64,000 nucleotides of DNA, from IMG/VR virus record IMGVR_UViG_3300014775_002125, positions 66,965 through 130,964 of that record. The stretch is one strand, 5' to 3'. Positions 28,730 through 38,560 of this stretch are shown piece after piece. Source of the stretch: a virus. A program made the position numbers and the translations under genes. Position 1 is the stretch's first letter, and each line of letters begins with the position of its first letter. The notes beneath the pieces are model-generated. The model saw only the letters and a list, made by a program, of their open reading frames with translations. It did no database searches and was not told where the DNA came from.

Positions 28730-29062
28730 ATGTATGGATTTTTTGGAGAACACGGAAGCTATTTTAACAATGACGTTGAGGCATCTGTCTTGAAGGCTGA
28801 TAACGGTTATGAGGTTGTTGTTGCGGCTGCTGGTATGGTCAAAGAAGGCCTCGAAGTAACTGTAGACAATAGCCAACTCAAGGTCAACTATCAAAGACCT
28901 GACAATCAACACAAAGTCGCTGTTGGTAGTTTCTATAAGAGCTGGATTGTTGGTGATAAGGTAGACACTGAAGGTATTGTTAGTGAACTTAAAAATGGAC
29001 TGCTAACCATCAAAGTGCCACTAAAACCTGAAGCTGCACCAAGAAAAATCACCGTAAATTAA
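28730..29062 (+). CDS. Small heat-shock protein (Hsp20 / alpha-crystallin)
   Basis: AGMVKEGLEVTV, LKNGLLTIKVP, C-terminal ITV motif. Confidence 0.85.
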   Translation: MYGFFGEHGSYFNNDVEASVLKADNGYEVVVAAAGMVKEGLEVTVDNSQLKVNYQRPDNQHKVAVGSFYKSWIVGDKVDTEGIVSELKNGLLTIKVPLKPEAAPRKITVN

Positions 29063-29229
29063 ATTTGAAGTTTTTTGGAAATTATTAGTCACTTTGTGGT
29101 ATGATTGAGGTTAAGAGAGAAGAACAACTGGTAGGACTTTGAATCTCTCTCTTAGCCTCTTTGTTTTGTAAGCATTCTTTTTGTTATGCTCTTAGTCATT
29201 TAGTAAGTATATTTTTTTTGTTTTTTTTG

Positions 29230-29258
29230 TTGACTTTTTGTTTCGGTTACTATATACT
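29230..29258 (+). promoter_or_regulatory. sigma70-type promoter for the SSB gene
   Basis: TTGACT-17-TATACT. Confidence 0.65.
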
Positions 29259-29315
29259 GGTTTTCAAGAGCAATGAGGCTCTTAGTTTTTTTTCATTTTT
29301 TTAGGAGGATTTATT

Positions 29316-30185
29316 ATGACTTTCATGGACAAACTCAAAGGACAGATGAACGCTGATCGGGCTAAACGAGAAACTGGAGGCTCCTCTGGTGGCGAAGGAA
29401 TCTTTTTGCGCCCCGACAAAGAGACCAAGAACTCTTTCCGTGTCCTTACGTTTCGAGACATCCCAATCTTCACCGATGTTTACTTCTACTGGTTGCATCA
29501 ACTGACTGAGAACAAGCGCACCCTGCTTTCTCCCAAAACCTTCGGAGAGTCACACAGAGGCGGCGATGTTTCTTACGACCTCTACAAGCGCATTCTGGAG
29601 TTTTACGGTGGCGACAAGAGTGCCATCAACAAGAACTCCCCGGAATGGAATCACTATCGTTCTTGTATGGAGTCTGCTTGTACTTTGATTCCCGGTTTCC
29701 TTAGAGATGAAGATGGGAACCCGGTTGATAGGAACTCTGATGGGTCTCCTGCAATCAAATTTCTCAAGCTATCGAACACTGCTATGGAGTCTATTGTTAG
29801 TGGCCTTGCAGATGCTGAAGAAGACAGTGGTATTGACAATCCTTTCTGCGCTAAGAAGGGTGTTGACATCACTATCCGCTGGGCTTCAAAGGGTCAATAT
29901 AGCGGTGAGTGGAAGATGAGCGTACAGCAGAAGTCTAAAAAAGCGATGGATGACCTCAAGCTCTACCAAAAGACTTGTGATAAACTTGCTGAGATGTTTG
30001 CTGATGGTGATGAAGGTTTGAAGGAACTCTTTGACTATGAGACACCTGAGAATCTCGTTCCATACCTCAAGGCTTACGCGAAGAATTCTCCGATGCTTGA
30101 CGTTGCCTCTGAAGGTGCTGCTAGTGTTGGAACCCCTCGACAGCCTCACGTAGAAGCTATGGATGACTCGGACGTTCCCTTTTAA
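29316..30185 (+). CDS. Single-stranded DNA-binding protein (gp32-like)
   Basis: LLSPKTFGE, GVDITI, acidic tail MDDSDVPF. Confidence 0.7.
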   Translation: MTFMDKLKGQMNADRAKRETGGSSGGEGIFLRPDKETKNSFRVLTFRDIPIFTDVYFYWLHQLTENKRTLLSPKTFGESHRGGDVSYDLYKRILEFYGGDKSAINKNSPEWNHYRSCMESACTLIPGFLRDEDGNPVDRNSDGSPAIKFLKLSNTAMESIVSGLADAEEDSGIDNPFCAKKGVDITIRWASKGQYSGEWKMSVQQKSKKAMDDLKLYQKTCDKLAEMFADGDEGLKELFDYETPENLVPYLKAYAKNSPMLDVASEGAASVGTPRQPHVEAMDDSDVPF

Positions 30186-30199
30186 TTAACTAACAGCCC

Positions 30200-30292
30200 T
30201 CTTTGAGAGGGCTAACAGGGGATTAAGAGCAGAGCGTCCTCCTCCTACGCTATCCTCCACTGCTTTTAGTCTCCTGTTAGCTCTCTCAGAGA
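30200..30292 (+). ncRNA. Structured RNA element: 33-bp stem with anti-SD (CCUCC) loops
   Basis: 30200-30232 pairs with 30260-30292 with five G-U pairs; internal AGCGT-CCTCCTCCT-ACGCT hairpin. Confidence 0.6.
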
Positions 30293-30309
30293 AACATGGA
30301 GGAGATAAG

Positions 30310-30510
30310 ATGAACTTTGAAAATTATGTAGATAGTATTGTAGAGAAGCTGGACGAAACAAACCATCCCATTCAAACTTTATTCAAAACTCAGAACGAAG
30401 CTATGGACTTCCTTGTAGAGCGTTATGAGTCTGAGACTACTGTAGAAGACACTGTTCGGGCAGCTTTGCTTAGGGTGGTTTCGATTGATAGTGTAGGAGT
30501 AGAGCAATGA
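30310..30510 (+). CDS. Hypothetical protein
   Basis: GGAGGAG RBS; coupled to the next ORF. Confidence 0.6.
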   Translation: MNFENYVDSIVEKLDETNHPIQTLFKTQNEAMDFLVERYESETTVEDTVRAALLRVVSIDSVGVEQ

Positions 30511-30782
30511 AAGATTTCAACTACCGCACTAAAGAATACACCGTCAAAGCACTGGAATACAACAAAGACACCTACAGAGAGGTTGTGAAGTGGCTTGAAG
30601 CAGCAGAAGTGAAACATGAGTTCAATAGGTTTTCATACGAACTCAAGGTCCTCACGGTAGATGGAATCAAGAAAGCAACCTTCGAGTATCCCATGGTTAT
30701 CGTTGAACGAGACACTGGGAGTTTTAACCTGTGGACTAAAGAAGGTTTCAATCGCACCTTCACAACTACAAGAGGTTCGTAA
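30507..30782 (+). CDS. Hypothetical protein
   Basis: Overlapping start/stop chain. Confidence 0.55.
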   Translation: MKDFNYRTKEYTVKALEYNKDTYREVVKWLEAAEVKHEFNRFSYELKVLTVDGIKKATFEYPMVIVERDTGSFNLWTKEGFNRTFTTTRGS

Positions 30783-31006
30783 TGGAATGCTTTGAGATTG
30801 TCAGTGGGCGGAAAGATTACATCGGCAAGAAGGTCAAACTGGTAGAGGAACTAGGCTATGGAATGCTCAAAGTACGAGACTGGAATGACACCGTTTTTAA
30901 AATCCATAGAGATGATGTCAAACCAACAGTCCCTTTCAGAACTCGTAGAGAGATTACAAGCGGACTCTCAGACCCCATTGCAGTTCCTGAGAATGACGCG
31001 CAATGA
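30782..31006 (+). CDS. Small hypothetical protein (SH3-like)
   Basis: TAATG coupling; beta-rich pattern. Confidence 0.5.
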   Translation: MECFEIVSGRKDYIGKKVKLVEELGYGMLKVRDWNDTVFKIHRDDVKPTVPFRTRREITSGLSDPIAVPENDAQ

Positions 31007-31164
31007 TTGGAGCCATCAGTACTATTTGGTCCACGGTGATGGCTACTACGAGATTTGCCCTAAGCTGTTTCGGAGTCTAGTTTATAAAGGTTATTTCAAA
31101 CTAGAGTACTTACAGGACTACAATAAAAACGAATATGTTCTAATCAAACCACTAAGCGTTTGAC

Positions 31165-31200
31165 AAAAAGCTCAGGGAATTAACTCTGAGCTTTTTTTTT
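31165..31200 (+). terminator. Intrinsic, possibly bidirectional, terminator
   Basis: AAAAAGCTCAGGG-AATTAA-CTCTGAGCTTTTTTTTT. Confidence 0.85.
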
Positions 31201-31210
31201 GAACTAAGGC

Positions 31211-31239
31211 TTGACAATGCCTCAGAGAACTGCTAGAGT
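31211..31239 (+). promoter_or_regulatory. sigma70-type promoter
   Basis: TTGACA-17-TAGAGT. Confidence 0.65.
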
Positions 31240-31280
31240 ATTTGTAGGTTGATAGGAAAATACAGAAACAAGGAGAGGAA

Positions 31281-31682
31281 ATGATGAGAAAAGAAACGAA
31301 AGATTATGTCTATAAACTATTGGATGTTAGAAGAAGTGGAGAAGAACTTACAAATGCTGAGTTGAACTTCGTTGTTGACCAACTTTCTGAATTACTCCCA
31401 AAAGAAAACGAAGAAACAGCAACGCATGAAACAAAACTTGACACAGAAGAGCAAGGAGGGTGTTGTAAGTCTTATTGTGACGGCTCTCTTTTAGATAAAG
31501 TATCAGATGTTTTTAATGGTTGTAGCAGTGGATGTGACACGAATTGTGGCTTCTGTAAGTTTGATGAGCATGGAAACTTTTTGTTCAAGATGAAAGCAAG
31601 GTGGGACCACTCTTGGAATGAGAAGGCCTACGCTGCCATGGGAATCCTGCCGCCAAAGGAGGATCTGAATGAAAAAGACTAA
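31281..31682 (+). CDS. Hypothetical Cys-rich protein
   Basis: AAGGAGAGG RBS; seven Cys. Confidence 0.55.
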   Translation: MMRKETKDYVYKLLDVRRSGEELTNAELNFVVDQLSELLPKENEETATHETKLDTEEQGGCCKSYCDGSLLDKVSDVFNGCSSGCDTNCGFCKFDEHGNFLFKMKARWDHSWNEKAYAAMGILPPKEDLNEKD

Positions 31683-32631
31683 CCTGATTGTTGATGGAAC
31701 AAATCTAGCTTTCATGGCTTATTATAAGATCGACAAGTTCAACTCAGAAGGTCAGCACATTGGAATGGTCTCTGGTTTCTTCGATAGGCTTTGTAACATC
31801 CTGAGTTTTACTAAACCTAATAGAGTCTTCGTGTGCTGGGAGGGTAAGGGTTCCAGAGAGTATCGCAAGAAGCTACTACCGGAATACAAAGGTCATAGAA
31901 CATTCAGACCCCCGTATTTCCTCCAAGACTCTGGGTTTTCTGAGAAAGAACTAAAAGAAAACCAGATGTGGCAACTAAATGAAGTCAAGAAGGTCCTAGA
32001 GTTTACACCAATTAAAAGTGTAGCTGTCGAAGGACTTGAAGCTGACGACTGTGTTGCAATGCTCTGTGAACGTTATGAGAACGACAAGAACATTATTGCT
32101 AGTAGTGACTCAGACTTCTACCAACTTCTTAAAGGCGGTACAGTTCAATTCAATCTCAGAAAAAACCAGTTGATTTCTGAGAGCGATGTGGTAGAATTGG
32201 AAGGCGTCTCTAGGGTAAACTACTTATTGGCTAAGAGTATCTGTGGGGATAGCTCAGATAATATTAAAGGGATGCACAGAGTAGGCTTTAAGTCGCTTGC
32301 AAAACGCTTTCCATCGTTCAAAGCAGGTGTGGAACTAAACCTTGGAGACCTTTTGGAAATCTGTGAAGAAAAGAACAAAGCTAAAAAAGTCCTGAAGATC
32401 TATGAGCAACTTCCACAGAGCGTTGAGATTATTGAACGTAACCTGCAAGTAGTCTCTCTTCAAGGGGTTTCTGAGAAAAGACAAGAAGAATACAAAAAAC
32501 TTCTTGACATTATCTCAGGTTCTGGTAGATTACAACTCAAGAGATTCACAGAGTACTTGGCGAGATTGGAGGTTGATCTCAGTCAGTACTCAAACATTAA
32601 CACTCAACTATATATGATCGATAGACGCTGA
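31669..32631 (+). CDS. 5'-3' exonuclease / RNase H (FEN family)
   Basis: IVDGTN, YKGHR, EADD, SSDSDFYQL, GDSSDNIKG. Confidence 0.92.
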   Translation: MKKTNLIVDGTNLAFMAYYKIDKFNSEGQHIGMVSGFFDRLCNILSFTKPNRVFVCWEGKGSREYRKKLLPEYKGHRTFRPPYFLQDSGFSEKELKENQMWQLNEVKKVLEFTPIKSVAVEGLEADDCVAMLCERYENDKNIIASSDSDFYQLLKGGTVQFNLRKNQLISESDVVELEGVSRVNYLLAKSICGDSSDNIKGMHRVGFKSLAKRFPSFKAGVELNLGDLLEICEEKNKAKKVLKIYEQLPQSVEIIERNLQVVSLQGVSEKRQEEYKKLLDIISGSGRLQLKRFTEYLARLEVDLSQYSNINTQLYMIDRR

Positions 32632-32654
32632 TAAAAAGATGACTAGGAGGAAAC

Positions 32655-34025
32655 ATGAAGAACAAAGAGAGTGTGGATCTGGCTGATTATGGCCCTAAGT
32701 TCCAGAAAAGCCTCATGCGGATTCTCTTCTATGACCGCTTGTTTTGTGACCAGATCTCTGAAATTATGCCATACGACTTCTTTACAGGTGAGACTGAGAG
32801 GTTTTACTATAGGTCACTCTTAGACTTTAAAAAGAAATGGAAGGCACACCCAACAAACTCTGCGTTCGACAAAAACATCCTAGCAATGGTCAAGAAGGAA
32901 GTCGGCAAAGACAAAGAGAAACGCAAAGAACTTCTGGAATACTGGGAGGAAATGCAAAATGCTGAGAGAGAACAGAGCGGCGACGAAATGACTAAGGAGG
33001 TGGCTCTAGAGTTCTGCCACCGCCAACATCTCAAGAAGTCACTCATCGAGTCCAGCAAGATGATCTCCAAGCAAGAAACTGTAGATAAGATTAAAGATTT
33101 CTTGATGAGCGAGTTTAAGAAGGGGTCTGATAATAACCTCGGTAGCTCTATCCTTGAAGATTTTGATATGGTTTTTGAGGAAGATTTCAGAGAGACTATC
33201 GCGTACCCTTGGCCAGAGATCAACAAGATTACTAATGGTGGGATTGGCAGAGGAGAGCTTGGAGTATTCGTAGCGTCTACTGGTGGTGGTAAGTCTCATA
33301 TCCTTGTTGATTGTGCCACTGCTGCTTATCAGGCTGGACTTAACGTTATCTACTACACCTTCGAGCTTTCTGAGAGTGTAGTCATGAAGCGAATTTACAG
33401 CAACCTTATGAGTACGCACATTGATCTCCTTAAGCCAGCTAAAAAGAGAATCTACAAGGAGCTTATCAATATCAAAGACAAACATGATAACTTCCTGCAT
33501 GTCAAAAAGTGGCCTGATAAGGTTAAGAGCCCTAATGATATTCGCAACTCTCTTTATAAAGTCGAGACCCTGTTTGGAAAACGACCTGACTTAATCTTGG
33601 TGGACTATGCTGATAACCTGAAAGCTGACAAAGCTGACCGTGAGTATAGATATGAAATTAACAACGTCTACGTGGAACTAAGAAACATTGCGAACGAGTT
33701 TAATGCAGGGCTCTTAACGGCTTCACAGGCTAACAGAACTGCGGATAACTTGCCAATCCTAACTCCGAAACATATTGCTGAAGCCTACGCAAAGTTTTTT
33801 CCTGTAGACTTCGCAATGACTATCGGAAGAACAGCTGAGGATAAATCTAATGGTCTCGGTAACTTAAATGTCGTCAAGAACAGAAACGGATTTGACCATG
33901 AAACTTACCTCTCAAAAATTAGTGGTACACAGAGTCAATTTCGCATAATTAAAAAACTTACCGATTTCGAAGTAAAAGCTCTGCTCGAAAAAGCTAAAGA
34001 GCAAACTGGTGGAAACAAGAAGTGA
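32655..34025 (+). CDS. Replicative DnaB/gp41-like helicase
   Basis: ASTGGGKS Walker A, FELS, LVDYAD, TASQANR, VVKNRNG. Confidence 0.92.
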   Translation: MKNKESVDLADYGPKFQKSLMRILFYDRLFCDQISEIMPYDFFTGETERFYYRSLLDFKKKWKAHPTNSAFDKNILAMVKKEVGKDKEKRKELLEYWEEMQNAEREQSGDEMTKEVALEFCHRQHLKKSLIESSKMISKQETVDKIKDFLMSEFKKGSDNNLGSSILEDFDMVFEEDFRETIAYPWPEINKITNGGIGRGELGVFVASTGGGKSHILVDCATAAYQAGLNVIYYTFELSESVVMKRIYSNLMSTHIDLLKPAKKRIYKELINIKDKHDNFLHVKKWPDKVKSPNDIRNSLYKVETLFGKRPDLILVDYADNLKADKADREYRYEINNVYVELRNIANEFNAGLLTASQANRTADNLPILTPKHIAEAYAKFFPVDFAMTIGRTAEDKSNGLGNLNVVKNRNGFDHETYLSKISGTQSQFRIIKKLTDFEVKALLEKAKEQTGGNKK

Positions 34026-34040
34026 ACGTAAGGAGGAACA

Positions 34041-34727
34041 ATGAACTCAAACACAATTAGAGACATTAGGCAGTTTTTGGCAGGAGGGGTTGATGAAAAA
34101 ACGGCCTATAATCAAAAAGAACGGATAACCCGAAAGATTACTACTAGGTTTCTCTTAGAGCAAGCTGTATATATTTCTGGTGCCTCTGAGTATGTCTGTT
34201 TCTTCAAACCAGATAATTTAAGAGCAGACGACTATGATGAGGTGTTTTTAGGGAGTGGTGTTAGGATGTTTGACCCTAGAAAAGACTATGAAGATGCCAA
34301 ACAGAGAGAGTGTTGGAAAAATTATGAGAATATACCCTATTTTTACGTAGTTGATGGGAAGATCTTGGGGCCCGTTTGTAATGATAGAGAAGAAAAAGAG
34401 CATAGCGTTGAGGAAGCGTTGAGTTTGATTTTCCCGGAATCACCAAAAAAGCTGCTTCTTTACACTAATAGTTCTAAAAGTGACGGTTTTTTCTTAGATT
34501 TGACAAAAACCTGTGAAGAATTGAGTGAAAAACTGGCAGACGAAACGCATGAACGTTTTGGTGGGGATATTGAATGGTATAGGTCCTTGTGTCTGCCTCT
34601 TATCGTAAATCTTAAGCGCTGGATATGTGACGGTGAAGACCGTCGTAAGGGAGGCAAATTCAGTGTTGGCCCCCCTTTCTTCCCCAATGCAGATAAACAA
34701 GTATTTTATTGGGAAGTGGTAGAGTAA
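34041..34727 (+). CDS. Hypothetical protein
   Basis: AAGGAGG RBS; no motif recognised. Confidence 0.6.
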   Translation: MNSNTIRDIRQFLAGGVDEKTAYNQKERITRKITTRFLLEQAVYISGASEYVCFFKPDNLRADDYDEVFLGSGVRMFDPRKDYEDAKQRECWKNYENIPYFYVVDGKILGPVCNDREEKEHSVEEALSLIFPESPKKLLLYTNSSKSDGFFLDLTKTCEELSEKLADETHERFGGDIEWYRSLCLPLIVNLKRWICDGEDRRKGGKFSVGPPFFPNADKQVFYWEVVE

Positions 34728-34773
34728 TAAAGTAATAGATTTTTCCTAACAAATGACAACAAGGAGATGCATA

Positions 34774-36639
34774 ATGGAAAAGAGTAGTAGGATTCTGGGT
34801 GATATCGTTCAGTGGATGAAGTATTCTAAATACGATGAGAAGAAGAAGCGGCGAGAACTGTTTTTTGAAGCAGTAAACAGAAACCGAGGGATGCACCTGA
34901 AGAAATTCAAGCACATTCCGGGGTTTGAACAGGAAATCGTAGACGCTTATATGACCGTATACGACAAGGAAGTTCTTGGTTCAATGAGAGCTATGCAGTT
35001 CTCTGGGCGCCCCATTGAGATTAACCCTGCGAGACAGTACAATTGCTCTTATCTCGCTATGGATGACTGGAGGGCTTTCTCTGAGATTATGTTCCTTCTT
35101 CTTGGTGGGACTGGTGTAGGTTTCTCTGTGCAGAATCATCACATTGAGAAGCTCCCAGAGATTAAAAGGCCAAGCAAAAGAAAGCGCCGTTATCTAGTAG
35201 GGGACTCAATCGAGGGCTGGGCAGACGCTGTTAAGGTTCTCATGAAATCCTATTTCTCAGGGACTAGCACCATTGTTTTCGATTATACTGACATTAGAGC
35301 GAAAGGTGAGCGTTTAGTTACTTCTGGTGGTAAAGCTCCCGGTCCCCAACCGCTCCATGACTGTATCCACAATATCCGTAAGGTGCTGGAAACTAAAGAG
35401 AACGGTGAGAAACTAACAAGCCTTGAAGTTCACGACATTGTTTGCTACATTGCTGATGCTGTTCTTGCTGGTGGTATTCGTAGGGCTGCTCTGATCTCTC
35501 TCTTTGATTTTAACGATGAGCAGATGATTGCTTGTAAGGCTGGTAACTGGTGGGAGTACGCGCCACAAAGGGCTCGTTCTAATAACTCAGCGGTTGTTCT
35601 TCGACACAAGATTAAAAAAGAAGAGTTCATGAAGTTCTGGGAGAAGATCGAGGCATCTAATAGTGGTGAGCCCGGAATTTACTTCTCTAACAATGCTGAT
35701 CGCGGAGTAAACCCATGTTGCGAAATCTCCCTGAAAAGCCACCAGTTCTGTAACCTAACCACTGTGAATGTCTCGGATGTTTACACTCAGGAAGAACTAG
35801 AGAAGCGAGTAAGGGCTGCTGCATTCATCGGGACCCTTCAGGCAGCTTATACGGACTTCCATTACCTTAGAGATAGCTGGCGTCGGGTCACTGAGAAAGA
35901 TGCGCTTATTGGTGTCTCTATGACTGGTATCGCTTCTGGTGGGGTTATGAGCCTTGACCTGAAGAAAGCAGCACAGGTCGTCAAAGAAGAGAACGCTAGG
36001 GTTGCTAAGATTCTAGGAATTAACCCTGCTGCTCGTACCACTTGTGTAAAACCTGAAGGTACTGCATCGATCATTCTGGGAACCTCTAGTGGTATTCACG
36101 CATGGCACGACCAGTACTATATCCGTCGAGTCCGTGTAGGTAAGAACGAAGCAATCTATCCGTATCTCAAAGAAGTTGCCCCAGAGATGCTAGAAGACGA
36201 ACTGTTCAACCCATCTACTCAGGCAGTCATCAGTGTCCCACAGAAGGCCCCTGAAGGCGCTATCACTAGGGACGAAGATGTTATGGAAATGCTTGAGAGA
36301 GTCCGTAAGTTCAACGTCGAGTGGGTTCAAGAAGGTCATCGCTCTGGTCAAAACACTAACAACGTCTCCGCGACTGTTAGCATCGGACAAGACGAGTGGG
36401 AGAAAGTCGGTGAATGGATGTGGGAGAACCGTCATAACTTCAACGGCCTCTCAGTTCTACCAAAAGATCTAGGGTCCTACAAACAAGCACCATTCGAATC
36501 CTGCACAAAGGAAAAGTATGAGGAGCTACTAGGAACTCTTAAAACTCTAGATCTCTCCAAGGTGCTAGAAGATGTTGATAATACTGATCTAGCCGGAGAG
36601 GTTGCTTGCGGCGGCGGCGGTTCCTGCGAGATCATCTAA
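34774..36639 (+). CDS. nrdJ: Class II (B12-dependent) ribonucleotide reductase
   Basis: YNCS, GTGVGFSV, GGIRRAA, NPCCEISL, TTCVKPEGT, C-terminal ACGGGGSCEI; no beta subunit nearby. Confidence 0.9.
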   Translation: MEKSSRILGDIVQWMKYSKYDEKKKRRELFFEAVNRNRGMHLKKFKHIPGFEQEIVDAYMTVYDKEVLGSMRAMQFSGRPIEINPARQYNCSYLAMDDWRAFSEIMFLLLGGTGVGFSVQNHHIEKLPEIKRPSKRKRRYLVGDSIEGWADAVKVLMKSYFSGTSTIVFDYTDIRAKGERLVTSGGKAPGPQPLHDCIHNIRKVLETKENGEKLTSLEVHDIVCYIADAVLAGGIRRAALISLFDFNDEQMIACKAGNWWEYAPQRARSNNSAVVLRHKIKKEEFMKFWEKIEASNSGEPGIYFSNNADRGVNPCCEISLKSHQFCNLTTVNVSDVYTQEELEKRVRAAAFIGTLQAAYTDFHYLRDSWRRVTEKDALIGVSMTGIASGGVMSLDLKKAAQVVKEENARVAKILGINPAARTTCVKPEGTASIILGTSSGIHAWHDQYYIRRVRVGKNEAIYPYLKEVAPEMLEDELFNPSTQAVISVPQKAPEGAITRDEDVMEMLERVRKFNVEWVQEGHRSGQNTNNVSATVSIGQDEWEKVGEWMWENRHNFNGLSVLPKDLGSYKQAPFESCTKEKYEELLGTLKTLDLSKVLEDVDNTDLAGEVACGGGGSCEII

Positions 36640-36664
36640 ATAACTAAAAAATTGTAGTAACTTT

Positions 36665-36710
36665 AGGGCTCTATTGGCTATTTAGAATGTAGCTGATAGA
36701 GCTTTTTTAT
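36665..36710 (+). terminator. Terminator-like hairpin after nrdJ
   Basis: AGGGCTCTATTGGCTA..TAGCTGATAGAGCTTT followed by T run. Confidence 0.7.
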
Positions 36711-36725
36711 TTTGGAGACATTAAA

Positions 36726-37418
36726 ATGAACACAGATAAGTGGTTAGAGTACGTAGCAGAAGGCAGCATGGCTGAAATGAACAAACAGCTACGACGAGTC
36801 GCTTTCCAAACCAAGGGGAAGCGAATGGAGCAGGGTGGTCATCTAACAATGGAAGGCGAGAATCTTGTCAGAGTACTCAAAGAATATGTAGAGTTAGTGA
36901 TTGAGAACGCTTCAGGTATGAGTGAGCCTTTAGGTTATTATAAAAAAAATATTAGCCCCGCTGAGAAACTACTAGGAAGATTCTCAGATAAAATTGCAGA
37001 CGCCAAGAACCTTAAAGAATCTATCAAATATCAACAAGCTCTCATGGAATACGACTATGTTGATGATGGTTTTCTTAATGACTTCTCGATGCTTGAAGAA
37101 ACTGAGGGTGTTGTGAATGAGATGAGTTCTGTTGCTAGTGCTCATGGTGGCCTTAAAAAAGAGCTAAAAGAAGCTGAGTGTGCTGCTTGTAAGGCTAACA
37201 AAGAAGGCGAGAAGTGCAAGGAGTGTAAGAAAAAGACGCACCCTCTAATGGACCCTGATTATGAGAAATACATTAGGAGTTTAAAAGGCGGTGATCGTGG
37301 TAAAAGTTGGGACGAAACCTTTTTGAAACAAACAGAAGTCTCCGAGCAAACAGAAATCGAAGCAGCAGAAATTCAAGCTGCTCTCAAAGCACTCGAAGAA
37401 AGAGCTATGAAATACTAG
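36726..37418 (+). CDS. Hypothetical protein, possible head-internal protein
   Basis: LxE-rich; CxxC..CxxC. Confidence 0.55.
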   Translation: MNTDKWLEYVAEGSMAEMNKQLRRVAFQTKGKRMEQGGHLTMEGENLVRVLKEYVELVIENASGMSEPLGYYKKNISPAEKLLGRFSDKIADAKNLKESIKYQQALMEYDYVDDGFLNDFSMLEETEGVVNEMSSVASAHGGLKKELKEAECAACKANKEGEKCKECKKKTHPLMDPDYEKYIRSLKGGDRGKSWDETFLKQTEVSEQTEIEAAEIQAALKALEERAMKY

Positions 37419-37480
37419 CAACCCCTCATAAAATCCTCACAATTCTCTCAAAAAAACTTCAAAAAACTTCAAAAAAAAGC

Positions 37481-37508
37481 TTGCGATCCTCAAAAAGTGT
37501 GCTATAGT
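37481..37508 (+). promoter_or_regulatory. purA promoter with phased A-tract UP region
   Basis: TTGCGA-16-TATAGT preceded by AAAAAACTTC units at 10-bp period. Confidence 0.55.
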
Positions 37509-37551
37509 GTCTAGCAGATAGGCTAATAGCAACTTATAAATTGGAGGAAAC

Positions 37552-38559
37552 ATGAACAAAATCAATTCGGATGTCGTAGTATGCTTGCAGAACGGCGATA
37601 GTGGCAAAGGGAAAGTTACTTATCATCTACTCGGCACCAAACCTTATGATTACTGTGTGCGATTTAACGGAGGACCTAACGCTGGACACACACTCTACCA
37701 CAAAGGCCACAAGTTCGTCACTCACCAAATCCCCACAGGTGTATTCTTCGGAGTTAAGAGTATCATTGGTAACTCCTGTGTGGTTGACGTTGAGAGACTT
37801 AGGAACGAAATCAACGTACTTCAAGCCGCTGGCATCGAAGTTTTGAAATACCTAAAGATCTCAAAGAGAGCCCACGTTATCACCGATTCACACAGAGATA
37901 TTGACAGTAAAGGTGCAGGTATCGGTAGTACTAAGAGAGGCATTGGGCCATGCTACGCGGATAAAGCTAACAGGACGGGACTTAGAGCAGAACATGTACT
38001 GACTGAAGACTGGCTCATTGACTTGTATGAAGAGTTTACAGGGTACGATAGGGAAATCAACATTCTGTTTGAAGGCGCCCAAGGTTTCTCTCTGGATATT
38101 GACTATGGTGATTATCCCTTCGTTACTTCTAGTTCCTGCACGGTCGCTGGAGTACTGAAGAATGGAGTCTCTTGGAATACTATTAGGGACGTTTATGGCA
38201 CTATCAAAGCTTACGAGACCTACGTAGGAGCTAAGAAGTTTCAACCAGACGGAGAGATCTATGAGAAAATTGCAAAGATTGGGAAAGAGTTCGGGGCAAC
38301 TACTGGGAGGCCACGGCAAGTCAATTGGATGTGCTTGGATACTGTTAGAAAGGCTGCTGAGATTAACGGAGTGAATAGGCTAATTGTGAACAAAGTAGAC
38401 GTTTTAGAGACTGTTGGCGTTTGGAAAGCTATCGAGAACAGAACTCTGAGAACGTTTTTAGGGGAGGAGGGGCTTAGAAGAGCGCTCCAAGATAAACTAG
38501 AGGGTGTTGTGAGTGACTTTTACTACTCTGGGAATCCTCATGTTGTGGAGGGCTTGTGA
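37552..38559 (+). CDS. purA: Adenylosuccinate synthetase (short form)
   Basis: GDSGKGK, GGPNAGHT, GSTKRGIGP.Y.DK, FEGAQG..LD, GATTGRPR, NKVD. Confidence 0.9.
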   Translation: MNKINSDVVVCLQNGDSGKGKVTYHLLGTKPYDYCVRFNGGPNAGHTLYHKGHKFVTHQIPTGVFFGVKSIIGNSCVVDVERLRNEINVLQAAGIEVLKYLKISKRAHVITDSHRDIDSKGAGIGSTKRGIGPCYADKANRTGLRAEHVLTEDWLIDLYEEFTGYDREINILFEGAQGFSLDIDYGDYPFVTSSSCTVAGVLKNGVSWNTIRDVYGTIKAYETYVGAKKFQPDGEIYEKIAKIGKEFGATTGRPRQVNWMCLDTVRKAAEINGVNRLIVNKVDVLETVGVWKAIENRTLRTFLGEEGLRRALQDKLEGVVSDFYYSGNPHVVEGL

Positions 38560-38560
38560 T

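Noticed and set aside
37552-38559. PurZ / 2-aminoadenine (Z-genome) pathway
   Set aside because: The catalytic Asp is retained (GDSGKG, not GSTGKG) and the TTGRxR loop is PurA-like; no DatZ or MazZ is recognisable nearby.
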